Part shown: positions 56,710-64,000 of the stretch, in pieces
Layout of the letters: each line of letters starts with the position of its first letter
Position numbering within the stretch: position 1 is the first letter of the stretch
Source: an uncultured Candidatus Binatia bacterium
GTDB lineage: Bacteria; Desulfobacterota; Binatia; Bin18
Assembly (NCBI GenBank): GCA_965214605.1
Contig: OZ243961.1
Location: forward strand, 2,784,001 to 2,848,000
DNA length: 64,000 nt
Direction: 5' to 3'
Made by a program: the position numbers and the translations under genes
Notes under the pieces: model-generated
Database searches by the model: none
Told to the model about the DNA's origin: nothing
What the model saw: only the letters and a program-made list of their open reading frames with translations

Positions 56710-56923
56710 AACTCTCCATCCTAGCAAGAATCCAAAAGAAAGCAGAGAGTGGTCGGCCGTATGGGGGGAATCACGCGGGGGCGGACAAGATGGACGATGA
56801 TGAGCATCTGAGCACAGGCGTCCACCTTGGTTGCAAAATGGCCGAGCTTATGGCTGACTACACGGAGAGAGCTTGATGAGTCGGACGCTCTTTTACTGAC
56901 TCTTCTGGGAGGTACAAGACAGC

Positions 56924-57331
56924 ATGGAAGTGAGGGGCAAACGATCGTATTGGTGGACATGGGGCAGGCTTACAACGCTGGCTCTCAGCGTTTTTGTCTT
57001 CGCCTCGTGGGCCACTGCTCAGCCTGGTACTGCGCAAGAAGCAGTCCACAAGTTCACAGTCGTCAATGTGTCATTCGAAGGCTCGAAGATGTTTGTGCCT
57101 TCGGTGTTGGCCGTGTCCAAGGGAGCAAAAGTCTCCGTCACTGTCATCAATAATATTCCCGGCGACCCTCCTAACCACGGGTTTGCGATTCCGGCGTTTG
57201 AGGTTGAGACCGTGGTCAATCACGGTGAGAAAAAGACGGTTGAATTTATGGCTGACAAGGCGGGGATTTTTGACATTCGGTGTCAGTTGCATCCAGCCCA
57301 CGTGCATGGACAGTTGATCGTGAAAGACTAG
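56924..57331 (+). CDS. Exported cupredoxin, nitrosocyanin-like
   Basis: Signal peptide; NHGFAI...ADKAGIFDIRCQLHPAHVHG. Confidence 0.85.
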   Translation: MEVRGKRSYWWTWGRLTTLALSVFVFASWATAQPGTAQEAVHKFTVVNVSFEGSKMFVPSVLAVSKGAKVSVTVINNIPGDPPNHGFAIPAFEVETVVNHGEKKTVEFMADKAGIFDIRCQLHPAHVHGQLIVKD

Positions 57332-57340
57332 CGATCGGTT

Positions 57341-58348
57341 TTAGGCCGGGTGTCTGTCCACCTTCTGCAGTAACATCTCGATAAGGAAATCCGTCTCTAT
57401 GCCCTCGGCCTCGGCCTGAAAGTTGAGCAAACACCGGTGGCGTAGGGCGGGCAGGGCCACATCGGTAATATCTTCGTAGCTGACGTTCACCCGTTTATCT
57501 AGGAGAGCGTTGACCTTCGCTCCTAAGGTAATCGCCTGCGCGCCGCGCGGACTGGGGCCAAAGCGTAAATATTGGTTAATCTCGGGCAGGGCCTCGGCAT
57601 TGCCTGGGGTTGCCGAGGCAATCAGACGGGCGATGTAGTGGTTCAGCGGCGGAGCCAGTAAGACTTCCCGGACGAGCCCCTTCAGCTGTTCAACCTGGGC
57701 GGCGGCCTGTTCCTCAGAGTCGAGCAGAGCGTGCACCTCATAATGCTTTTCGGTGGTCGTCCGATTGAGGATTTCGGTCAGTTCCCCAGTATTGGGCGAG
57801 CGAATGATGAGCTTGAACAAAAATCGGTCGAGTTGGGCCTCGGGCAGCGGATAGGTCCCCTCAATTTCAATCGGATTTTGGGTTGCCATGACAAAAAAGG
57901 GCGGGGGCAGGCGGTGTGTCTGGCCAAACACGGAGACCTGGTGCTCTTCCATGGCTTCCAGAATGGCCGACTGGGTTTTGGGCGTGGCGCGATTGACTTC
58001 GTCAGCCAGGACGATGTGGGTGAAAACCGGACCTGGCTTGAACTCAAAAGACCGCTCGTTGCCGCTTTCGGATAAGACTTCCGTGCCCACAATATCCGAC
58101 GGCATCAGGTCGGGGGTAAACTGAATCCGCTTGGAGCCTAAGGTCACCGCCCGACTCAGGGATTTCATCAGCAGGGTTTTGCCTAAGCCGGGCGCGCTCT
58201 CCAGCAAAACATGCCCCCCGGCAAAAAAGGCGGTCAGCACTTTACGCACAATCTCGCGATTGCCGACAATAACGCGTCCGACCTCTTCCTCTAGCGTGCT
58301 GAAGAGCTGACAAAAGCGCTCTATACGGTTTTCGTCTGCCTGGATCAT
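57341..58348 (-). CDS. moxR: MoxR-family AAA+ ATPase
   Basis: HVLLESAPGLGKT, RIQFTPDLMPSD, LADEVNRATPKTQSA, ATQNPIE, YPLPEAQLDRF, GPSPR. Confidence 0.93.
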   Translation of the reverse strand: MIQADENRIERFCQLFSTLEEEVGRVIVGNREIVRKVLTAFFAGGHVLLESAPGLGKTLLMKSLSRAVTLGSKRIQFTPDLMPSDIVGTEVLSESGNERSFEFKPGPVFTHIVLADEVNRATPKTQSAILEAMEEHQVSVFGQTHRLPPPFFVMATQNPIEIEGTYPLPEAQLDRFLFKLIIRSPNTGELTEILNRTTTEKHYEVHALLDSEEQAAAQVEQLKGLVREVLLAPPLNHYIARLIASATPGNAEALPEINQYLRFGPSPRGAQAITLGAKVNALLDKRVNVSYEDITDVALPALRHRCLLNFQAEAEGIETDFLIEMLLQKVDRHPA

Positions 58349-58358
58349 GTCTGTCCGG

Positions 58359-59789
58359 TTATTCGAGAAGCGGGCGGTACTCCAGGGGGATGCGCTGGCT
58401 GGTCTGCGTTGGCGCGCGCGGCCGGTTCATGAGCGGAGCGTTCCTGTACGGCGTGGTGGGCTGGGCCGGACTGGTATTGGCCGTCCGTTGCTCGGTGTCG
58501 CTCTGATCCGCCTCCCCGGCTGGCACCCGGACTTTGACAAAGCGCACGTCTTGGGTCAGAAAGCCGCCCACTTTTTCTCCAGCTTGGACAAACCGCTGAG
58601 CTTTTCCTTGACTCGGGCCTTCACCGCTGTCCTGCTCTTTGGGGGCCGTTTGGTTGGGGGGGGCGGACTGGGAAGCGGGCGTGTCTGGTCGGTGGTGTGG
58701 GTGTTCTCCGGGGCGATTCGGGTCTTCTCCTTGGGAGCGCTGTGCGGGATCGTGCCGGGCCGATATCTCAGTCGCTCCTTCTGCCTGGTGGTTGGACGGC
58801 TGCTGCTTTTCGCCGTGCTGCTCGGGCTGCTCAAATTGAATGCCGCCCCCCTCCTGTTGGGGCGACTCGGTCTGACGGTTCTGATCGCTCTCTGACGCCC
58901 CGTTATCCCGCCGGTGTTGGCGTGCTTCGGTTCCCTCAGCCGCTGAGGGGCGTTCGTTGAGGCCCGCAGACTGTTGCTTCTTGCTCAGGTCCTGCTTGCC
59001 CACCCCGTCCTGCTGACCCTCAGTGGTAAACAGGTTGAGGTCGATTGGCAGCAGCTGAGGGAGCTCGATATTGAGGGTGATTCGCTTCTTAGCCTCCTTG
59101 GTCAGGCGTTCTTTTTCGCGTCGACTCAGATCCGGTGCTCTGAGTTGCTCGACTAGGGCGACGAGCTCAGCGCCGGCCGCTCTCTCTTGTGGCGTGGTGC
59201 CCCGCGTCGCCAGTTCATGGGCTCTTTTTTCGAGTTCGGCCAGCTGTAGCGGCTTTTGTGAAGGGGGCAGAGGGGAAGAATGTAGGGCTGAAATAGGCCG
59301 AGACGGCGGCCAAAACAGGCTAAAAGCTACGGCCACACCCAGGCCGAGCAGTCCGATTGGCACACGCCTGTCTAGCCGAAACGGCAGATCCCGTTCCGGA
59401 ACAAAAAATGTCGTCCGCCTGGCCGCGTCACGCTGCAGCAGGGGCAACAGACCGGTGTGTTCTGGAGGCTGTGAGAGGGTGGTTAAGGTCAGGAAGCGCT
59501 CTTTGCTCAGTGTTTTCTCGTCCAACAGTGCAGCCACGGGTTGGGGCTTGGTGCTGTTTTGAGTGCGGCGGATGGCCTTCCAGAAGAAGAAAGCCCACAC
59601 GCCGAGGGGACCGAGTAGCAGAGCGAGTGGCCAGGACAGGGTTGCCAGCAACAAGAAGCTGCCCAGACCGATCGTCAATCCTAGGGGCAGAAAGAAGCCG
59701 AGGACGTTGAGACACCGCTGGCGACGGAGGCGCTTGGCCGTCGTGTTGATCAGGGCCAAGGGGGCGGAGAGGGGTTCTTGCCGAGCCAT
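58359..59789 (-). CDS. Membrane protein with a Gln/Pro-rich C-terminus, MoxR-associated
   Basis: Three hydrophobic segments, LDEKTLSKERFLT, low-complexity tail ending IPLEYR; stop 10 nt before the moxR start. Confidence 0.7.
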   Translation of the reverse strand: MARQEPLSAPLALINTTAKRLRRQRCLNVLGFFLPLGLTIGLGSFLLLATLSWPLALLLGPLGVWAFFFWKAIRRTQNSTKPQPVAALLDEKTLSKERFLTLTTLSQPPEHTGLLPLLQRDAARRTTFFVPERDLPFRLDRRVPIGLLGLGVAVAFSLFWPPSRPISALHSSPLPPSQKPLQLAELEKRAHELATRGTTPQERAAGAELVALVEQLRAPDLSRREKERLTKEAKKRITLNIELPQLLPIDLNLFTTEGQQDGVGKQDLSKKQQSAGLNERPSAAEGTEARQHRRDNGASESDQNRQTESPQQEGGGIQFEQPEQHGEKQQPSNHQAEGATEISARHDPAQRSQGEDPNRPGEHPHHRPDTPASQSAPPNQTAPKEQDSGEGPSQGKAQRFVQAGEKVGGFLTQDVRFVKVRVPAGEADQSDTEQRTANTSPAQPTTPYRNAPLMNRPRAPTQTSQRIPLEYRPLLE

Positions 59790-59798
59790 GGATCTGTC

Positions 59799-60851
59799 TT
59801 AGGAAGGATGTCTTTTGGAGCGGTATTTTTGAAAACGCCGGACAGCCCGATTGTGCTCGGCCAGAGTGACTGAAAACTGGTGGGTGCCATCGCCGCGCGC
59901 CACAAAGTACAGGTAGTCCGTGTTTGCCGGGTACAGGGCGGCCCGCAGGGCGGCTAGGCCGGGGTTGGCAATCGGGCCTGGCGGGAGACCATGGATCACA
60001 TAGGTGTTATACGGCGTTGGCGTTTGCAGGTGGCGGCGGGTGAGATTCCCGTCAAAATTTCTAATGCCGTAAATAACGGTTGGATCGCACTGAAGTCGAA
60101 TGCCCCTGCGGAGCCGGTTGTGAATGACCGATGCGATCAGCGGACGTTCCGCGGCCTTGCCGGTCTCTTTTTCAATAATTGAGGCCAGCGTCACCACCTC
60201 GTGCTGGCTGAGCCCTAACTCGACGGCCCGCCGGTCCAGGGTCAGATCCCAGGAGGCATAAAACCGGGCGAGCATCGTGCCTAAGATCTCTTGGGCCGAG
60301 GCGCGAACCGAGAACTGATAGGTGGCCGGGTAGAGGTAGCCTTCGAGGCTGTTTGCCGGCAGTCTCCAATCGGCCAGAAATTGAGGATCGGCATTGAGAC
60401 ACAGAAAGCTCTCAGCCGCTCCAAACCCCCGCTGTTCGAGCAGCCGCGCAATCTGAGCCAAGCTGAAGCCCTCGGGAATAGTGATGGACTGGTGCACAAG
60501 CTGGCCCCGGCTCAGCTGATTGAGCAGAGCCAGCGGAGAGAGGGGCTCAGGAAAGAGATATTCTCCGTGCTGGATCTTTCTGTCCACCCCGCTCAAGCGG
60601 GCCCATAAGCGAAAGACCTGGACCTGGCTTAGCAGCCCTTCGGCATGCAGATGCCGGGCAATTACTTCGAGTGACGAACCGTTTTGGACAAAGAAACGAA
60701 CGGGTTGGAGCAGTGGTGGGCCCGGTGTGACCAGAGCACGATAGCCAAACCAGGCAACACTCCCACCGATCAGAAGCGGCATGAGCAGGATCACCAGGAG
60801 CAGGGAGTACTTTCCCCGTTTGCCTGTTTGCATGGCAAAAAACACTACCAT
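59799..60851 (-). CDS. mltG: Endolytic transglycosylase MltG
   Basis: TIPEGF, LEGYLYPATY, LASIIEKET, LQCDPTV, PYNTY..GLPPGPIANPG, YLYFVA. Confidence 0.95.
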   Translation of the reverse strand: MVVFFAMQTGKRGKYSLLLVILLMPLLIGGSVAWFGYRALVTPGPPLLQPVRFFVQNGSSLEVIARHLHAEGLLSQVQVFRLWARLSGVDRKIQHGEYLFPEPLSPLALLNQLSRGQLVHQSITIPEGFSLAQIARLLEQRGFGAAESFLCLNADPQFLADWRLPANSLEGYLYPATYQFSVRASAQEILGTMLARFYASWDLTLDRRAVELGLSQHEVVTLASIIEKETGKAAERPLIASVIHNRLRRGIRLQCDPTVIYGIRNFDGNLTRRHLQTPTPYNTYVIHGLPPGPIANPGLAALRAALYPANTDYLYFVARGDGTHQFSVTLAEHNRAVRRFQKYRSKRHPS

Positions 60852-60954
60852 TCCCCGCTTTGCAACACAATCTGGGCCGCCGCCGTTGTTCTTGACAATC
60901 TTGTCCAGGGCTGGCAGGCTTAGCCGTATTTTCCGTCCGGGGGTCGGATACTAA

Positions 60955-62466
60955 ATGGGATATGATGATGAGGGTACTTCCCACATCCGTATAGGGCACC
61001 AAGCTGGCCAAATTCAGCTCCTGATTCTTGCTCCTATTCTGACCCTTTGTTTTTTAGGGCTTGTAGTCCGCAGTGCCAGCTCGGCCGTTGATCATCGGAT
61101 TGAAAAGCAAAAGGTTGCCGAACAGCTCAAGCAGCGGTTGAGCGAGGTCCATAACGACCTCACTCCGCCGAGGCTGAGCCGCCCCGACGCCTTGCTCCTT
61201 CCCGCCCCAGAGATGACGGCCGACCCGCCCCTGCCGCCAGGTGAGCCGTCTTCTGTCGCTGAGTCGATCGCTGATCAGCCCGAGGTCGTGGCGGTTGCGA
61301 GTGCCGAGCGGCTGATTCAGCCCCAATCCTTTCCGTTCCAGACCACGCACCAAGTGCGGAAGAACGAGACCTTTGAGACCATCCTCCGAGGCCAGGGGCT
61401 TGGACGTCAGGAGAGCGGGAAATGGATTGCAGCCTGGATTGCGGCCGCCAAAAAAGAGAGACAAGTCCGCAAACTGCAAATCGGTCAGCGCTTCTCCTTT
61501 CTATTTGACAAAGGTCCTGCGGCGCCGATTCTGAGCAGTCTGAGCTATGAATTCAGTGCTCTCTCACAGCTGGTTCTTGAACGAACGGCGGACGGCGGCG
61601 TCACCTCCCACCTTGAGACGCTACCGACCACTTTGGTATGGCGGGCGACTGCCGGGCGGATTACCAGCAGTCTGTATGAGGCGGCGGTGAATAAAGCCGG
61701 GGTGCCCGACCGGATTGTTGACGAAATAATCGATCTAGGGTGGAATCTCGACTTCTCTTCCGACCTCAGAGCCGGAGACATCTTCAAGGTGATCTTTGAA
61801 GAGTACCAGCGTGACGGCAAGCCGGTTCAATACGGGCGCGTCTTAGCGGCTGAAATCGTTAATCGGGGCAAGGCTTCGAAGGTTTTTTTCTCCGACCAGA
61901 ACGGACGTTTCCTGCGTTACCCGCTGCGTTTCACCCGGATTTCGTCGGTGTTTACTAAGAACCGGTTTCATCCTATTCTTAAACGCCACCGACCCCATAA
62001 CGGCGTTGATTTTGCCGCCCCACGCGGCACGCCGGTGCGGACGGTGGCCGATGGGAAGGTCACCTACGCCAGCTGGAAGGGCGGATTCGGTCGGCTTGTC
62101 CGCATCGACCATCCTGGGCCGTACGCTACTGAGTACGCCCATCTCCATAGAATTGACAAAAGGGTCAGGGTTGGAGCGTGGGTCAAGCGCGGTCAAAGGA
62201 TTGGCAGTGTGGGGGCGACCGGTTTGGCCACTGGACCACATCTCCACTTCGGGTTGTTTAAAAACGGCAAATACGTCAATCCGTTGAGCACAAATTTACC
62301 CTACATCGCCCCTAAAACCGACACCCAGAAATCCGACCCGGTCCAGGTCAAGCTGAAAAAAGCGCTGGTCGAATACCTGGCTCAGCTAGAATTTGACCAA
62401 ACCTTGGCAACCCGAGTATTTGCCGCTGTGACCCCGGCCCCACCGCCAAACCAGCCCCGCTCCTGA
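60955..62466 (+). CDS. M23-family peptidoglycan DD-endopeptidase (MepM-like)
   Basis: RFHPIL..RPHNGVDFAAP, YAHL, GATGLATGPHLHF; N-terminal TM helix. Confidence 0.9.
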   Translation: MGYDDEGTSHIRIGHQAGQIQLLILAPILTLCFLGLVVRSASSAVDHRIEKQKVAEQLKQRLSEVHNDLTPPRLSRPDALLLPAPEMTADPPLPPGEPSSVAESIADQPEVVAVASAERLIQPQSFPFQTTHQVRKNETFETILRGQGLGRQESGKWIAAWIAAAKKERQVRKLQIGQRFSFLFDKGPAAPILSSLSYEFSALSQLVLERTADGGVTSHLETLPTTLVWRATAGRITSSLYEAAVNKAGVPDRIVDEIIDLGWNLDFSSDLRAGDIFKVIFEEYQRDGKPVQYGRVLAAEIVNRGKASKVFFSDQNGRFLRYPLRFTRISSVFTKNRFHPILKRHRPHNGVDFAAPRGTPVRTVADGKVTYASWKGGFGRLVRIDHPGPYATEYAHLHRIDKRVRVGAWVKRGQRIGSVGATGLATGPHLHFGLFKNGKYVNPLSTNLPYIAPKTDTQKSDPVQVKLKKALVEYLAQLEFDQTLATRVFAAVTPAPPPNQPRS

Positions 62467-62521
62467 CCCCCCTCCTCAGGTCGCCTTAGGCCGCTCTCTG
62501 TCAGAGGCTGCTGGCCGGGAG

Positions 62522-62550
62522 TTGACACTCTCAAGTCGCTCACGTAGGTA
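62522..62550 (+). promoter_or_regulatory. Promoter of rplU-rpmA-obgE
   Basis: TTGACA-N17-TAGGTA; the ATG begins 8 nt after the -10. Confidence 0.55.
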
Positions 62551-62557
62551 GGTGAAG

Positions 62558-62872
62558 ATGGCATATGCAGTTATTCGAACTGGTGGAAAACAGTACCGGG
62601 TGGAGCCTGGTGAGTTGCTCAGAATCGAATCCTTGAAAGGCGAGCCCGGCAGCCAAGTGCAGTTTAGTGAGGTGCTGCTCACCTCAAGTGGGGGGACGGT
62701 GCAGGTTGGTATGCCAACCGTTGCTGGAGCCAGTGTGATGGCCGAGATTGTCGAGCACGGCAAAGAGCAAAAAATTGTTGTGTTTAAGAAAAAACGACGC
62801 AAAGGATACCGCCGCAAACATGGCCATCGCCAGCAGTTTACGGCCGTGCGCGTCCAGAGCATCAGTGTCTGA
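62558..62872 (+). CDS. rplU: 50S ribosomal protein bL21
   Basis: [30 protein letters not shown]. Confidence 0.98.
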   Translation: MAYAVIRTGGKQYRVEPGELLRIESLKGEPGSQVQFSEVLLTSSGGTVQVGMPTVAGASVMAEIVEHGKEQKIVVFKKKRRKGYRRKHGHRQQFTAVRVQSISV

Positions 62873-62898
62873 TTTCTATACCTTGGGGAGGACAAGCC

Positions 62899-63177
62899 AT
62901 GGCGCATAAAAAAGGACAAGGATCAAGTCGGAATGGACGCGACAGTCCGGGCCAGCGACGTGGTGTGAAACTCTTTGGCGGTCACCACGCCAAGGCCGGT
63001 AATATCATTATTCGTCAACTCGGTACCAGAATCTACCCAGGTTCAAACGTTGGTATGGGGCGTGACTATACGCTCTTTGCCAAGGTCGACGGCATTGTCC
63101 GTTTCGAACGGATGGGGAAGACCCGCAAACGGGTGAGCGTGCATCCGGCCCCGACAGCCACCTTCCCTGCATCATAA
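62899..63177 (+). CDS. rpmA: 50S ribosomal protein bL27
   Basis: [26 protein letters not shown]. Confidence 0.98.
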   Translation: MAHKKGQGSSRNGRDSPGQRRGVKLFGGHHAKAGNIIIRQLGTRIYPGSNVGMGRDYTLFAKVDGIVRFERMGKTRKRVSVHPAPTATFPAS

Positions 63178-63323
63178 GTGTCATCAGTTTAAGGTGGGGG
63201 ATGGCTCTCATCCTCTTCGCTATCATCATCCACCTTGGCGTGCCGCGGGTCATCCTCCCGGTTCACAAAGATGTCGTCCAGGCTGAGGATGCAGAAGGAG
63301 ACCGGCGCCAGTCTCATTTTTGT

Positions 63324-63347
63324 AAAGCCCCGCACGGGGCTTTTTTT
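63324..63347 (+). terminator. Intrinsic terminator between rpmA and obgE
   Basis: AAAGCCCCG-ca-CGGGGC followed by TTTTTTT. Confidence 0.75.
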
Positions 63348-63352
63348 GTGCT

Positions 63353-64000
63353 ATGCACTTCGTTGATGAAGTTCGGGTTTTTGTCAAAGCGGGCAACGGC
63401 GGCAATGGCTGTATCAGTTTCCTGCGCGAAAAATACCGCCCCCGAGGTGGGCCCAATGGCGGCAATGGCGGCAATGGTGGGAGTGTGATTTTTCAGGTTG
63501 ACCCGCAACTCAGCACCTTACTCGACCTGCGCTATACCCAACATCTCCGGGCGGCGGACGGTGAGCATGGACGTGGCAAGGATCAGAACGGTCGTAACGC
63601 CCAGGATCGTGTTGTCCGTGTGCCGCCCGGGACCCTCATTCGTGACTTTGACAGCGGAGCAGTGCTGGCCGACCTGACCCAGCCCGGCAGCCAGGCCGTT
63701 ATGGCCAGCGGGGGAAGAGGCGGGAAGGGCAATAGGTTTTTTGCCTCGGCCAGAAACCGACTGCCGCGTCAGGCTCAGCCTGGACAAGCGGGAGAAGAGC
63801 GCACGTTGCGGCTTGAGTTGCGCGTCCTGGCCGACGTGGGCCTAGTCGGATTTCCGAATGTTGGGAAATCGACCCTATTGTCTAGCGTGTCTGCTGCCCA
63901 GCCCCGGATTGCGGATTTTCCGTTTACCACTTTGACACCCCACCTTGGTGTCGTCCGCTACGGAGACGACGGCACGTTTGTGATGGCCGACATTCCCGGA
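63353..64000 (+). CDS. obgE: GTPase ObgE/CgtA, truncated by the window end; absent from the ORF track
   Basis: ATG 63353 gives MHFVDEVRVFVKAGNGGNGCISFLREKYRPRGGPNGG; later ADVGLVGFPNVGKST, FPFTTL, ADIPG. Confidence 0.96.
   Translation, partial: MHFVDEVRVFVKAGNGGNGCISFLREKYRPRGGPNGGNGGNGGSVIFQVDPQLSTLLDLRYTQHLRAADGEHGRGKDQNGRNAQDRVVRVPPGTLIRDFDSGAVLADLTQPGSQAVMASGGRGGKGNRFFASARNRLPRQAQPGQAGEERTLRLELRVLADVGLVGFPNVGKSTLLSSVSAAQPRIADFPFTTLTPHLGVVRYGDDGTFVMADIPG

Overview
A GC-rich bacterial chromosomal window made up mostly of housekeeping genes. Gene content and protein style suggest a deltaproteobacteria-like lineage, possibly Binatia; this is inference only. In order it contains: the pstC(partial)-pstA-pstB-phoU-phoB-phoR phosphate operon; rlmE, an HSD10-like SDR, a giant NorD/CbbO-type VWA protein and ilvE; a PadR-headed operon exbB-exbD-VWA-TPR-exbB-exbD; carD-ispD-proS; SCP2-anmK-beta-decarboxylating dehydrogenase; an RpoD-type sigma factor; ferredoxin fusion-rimI-addB-addA-argA-like-type II PanK; uvrC followed by a decayed comEC; GST, sulfotransferase and GT2; aspS, a dihaem cytochrome c and an SDR; uvrB-kdsD; a cupredoxin; mltG-membrane protein-moxR; an M23 peptidase; and rplU-rpmA-obgE(partial). 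I saw no rRNA, tRNA, CRISPR array, integrase or transposase. The best candidate for an undescribed system is the PadR operon: two ExbB/ExbD motor pairs flank a protein with a TonB/TolA-like SxxxH membrane anchor whose C-terminus is a VWA domain, plus a large exported TPR protein, with no TonB_C domain or TonB-dependent receptor. Other highlights are a circularly permuted SCP2, a ferredoxin-TM-Hsp20-like fusion, a nitrosocyanin-like cupredoxin, a ~290-nt candidate structured RNA, a probable ATC start codon, an uncalled 53-aa ORF after rpoD, and the comEC pseudogene. All calls come from manual motif reading; no database searches were run.
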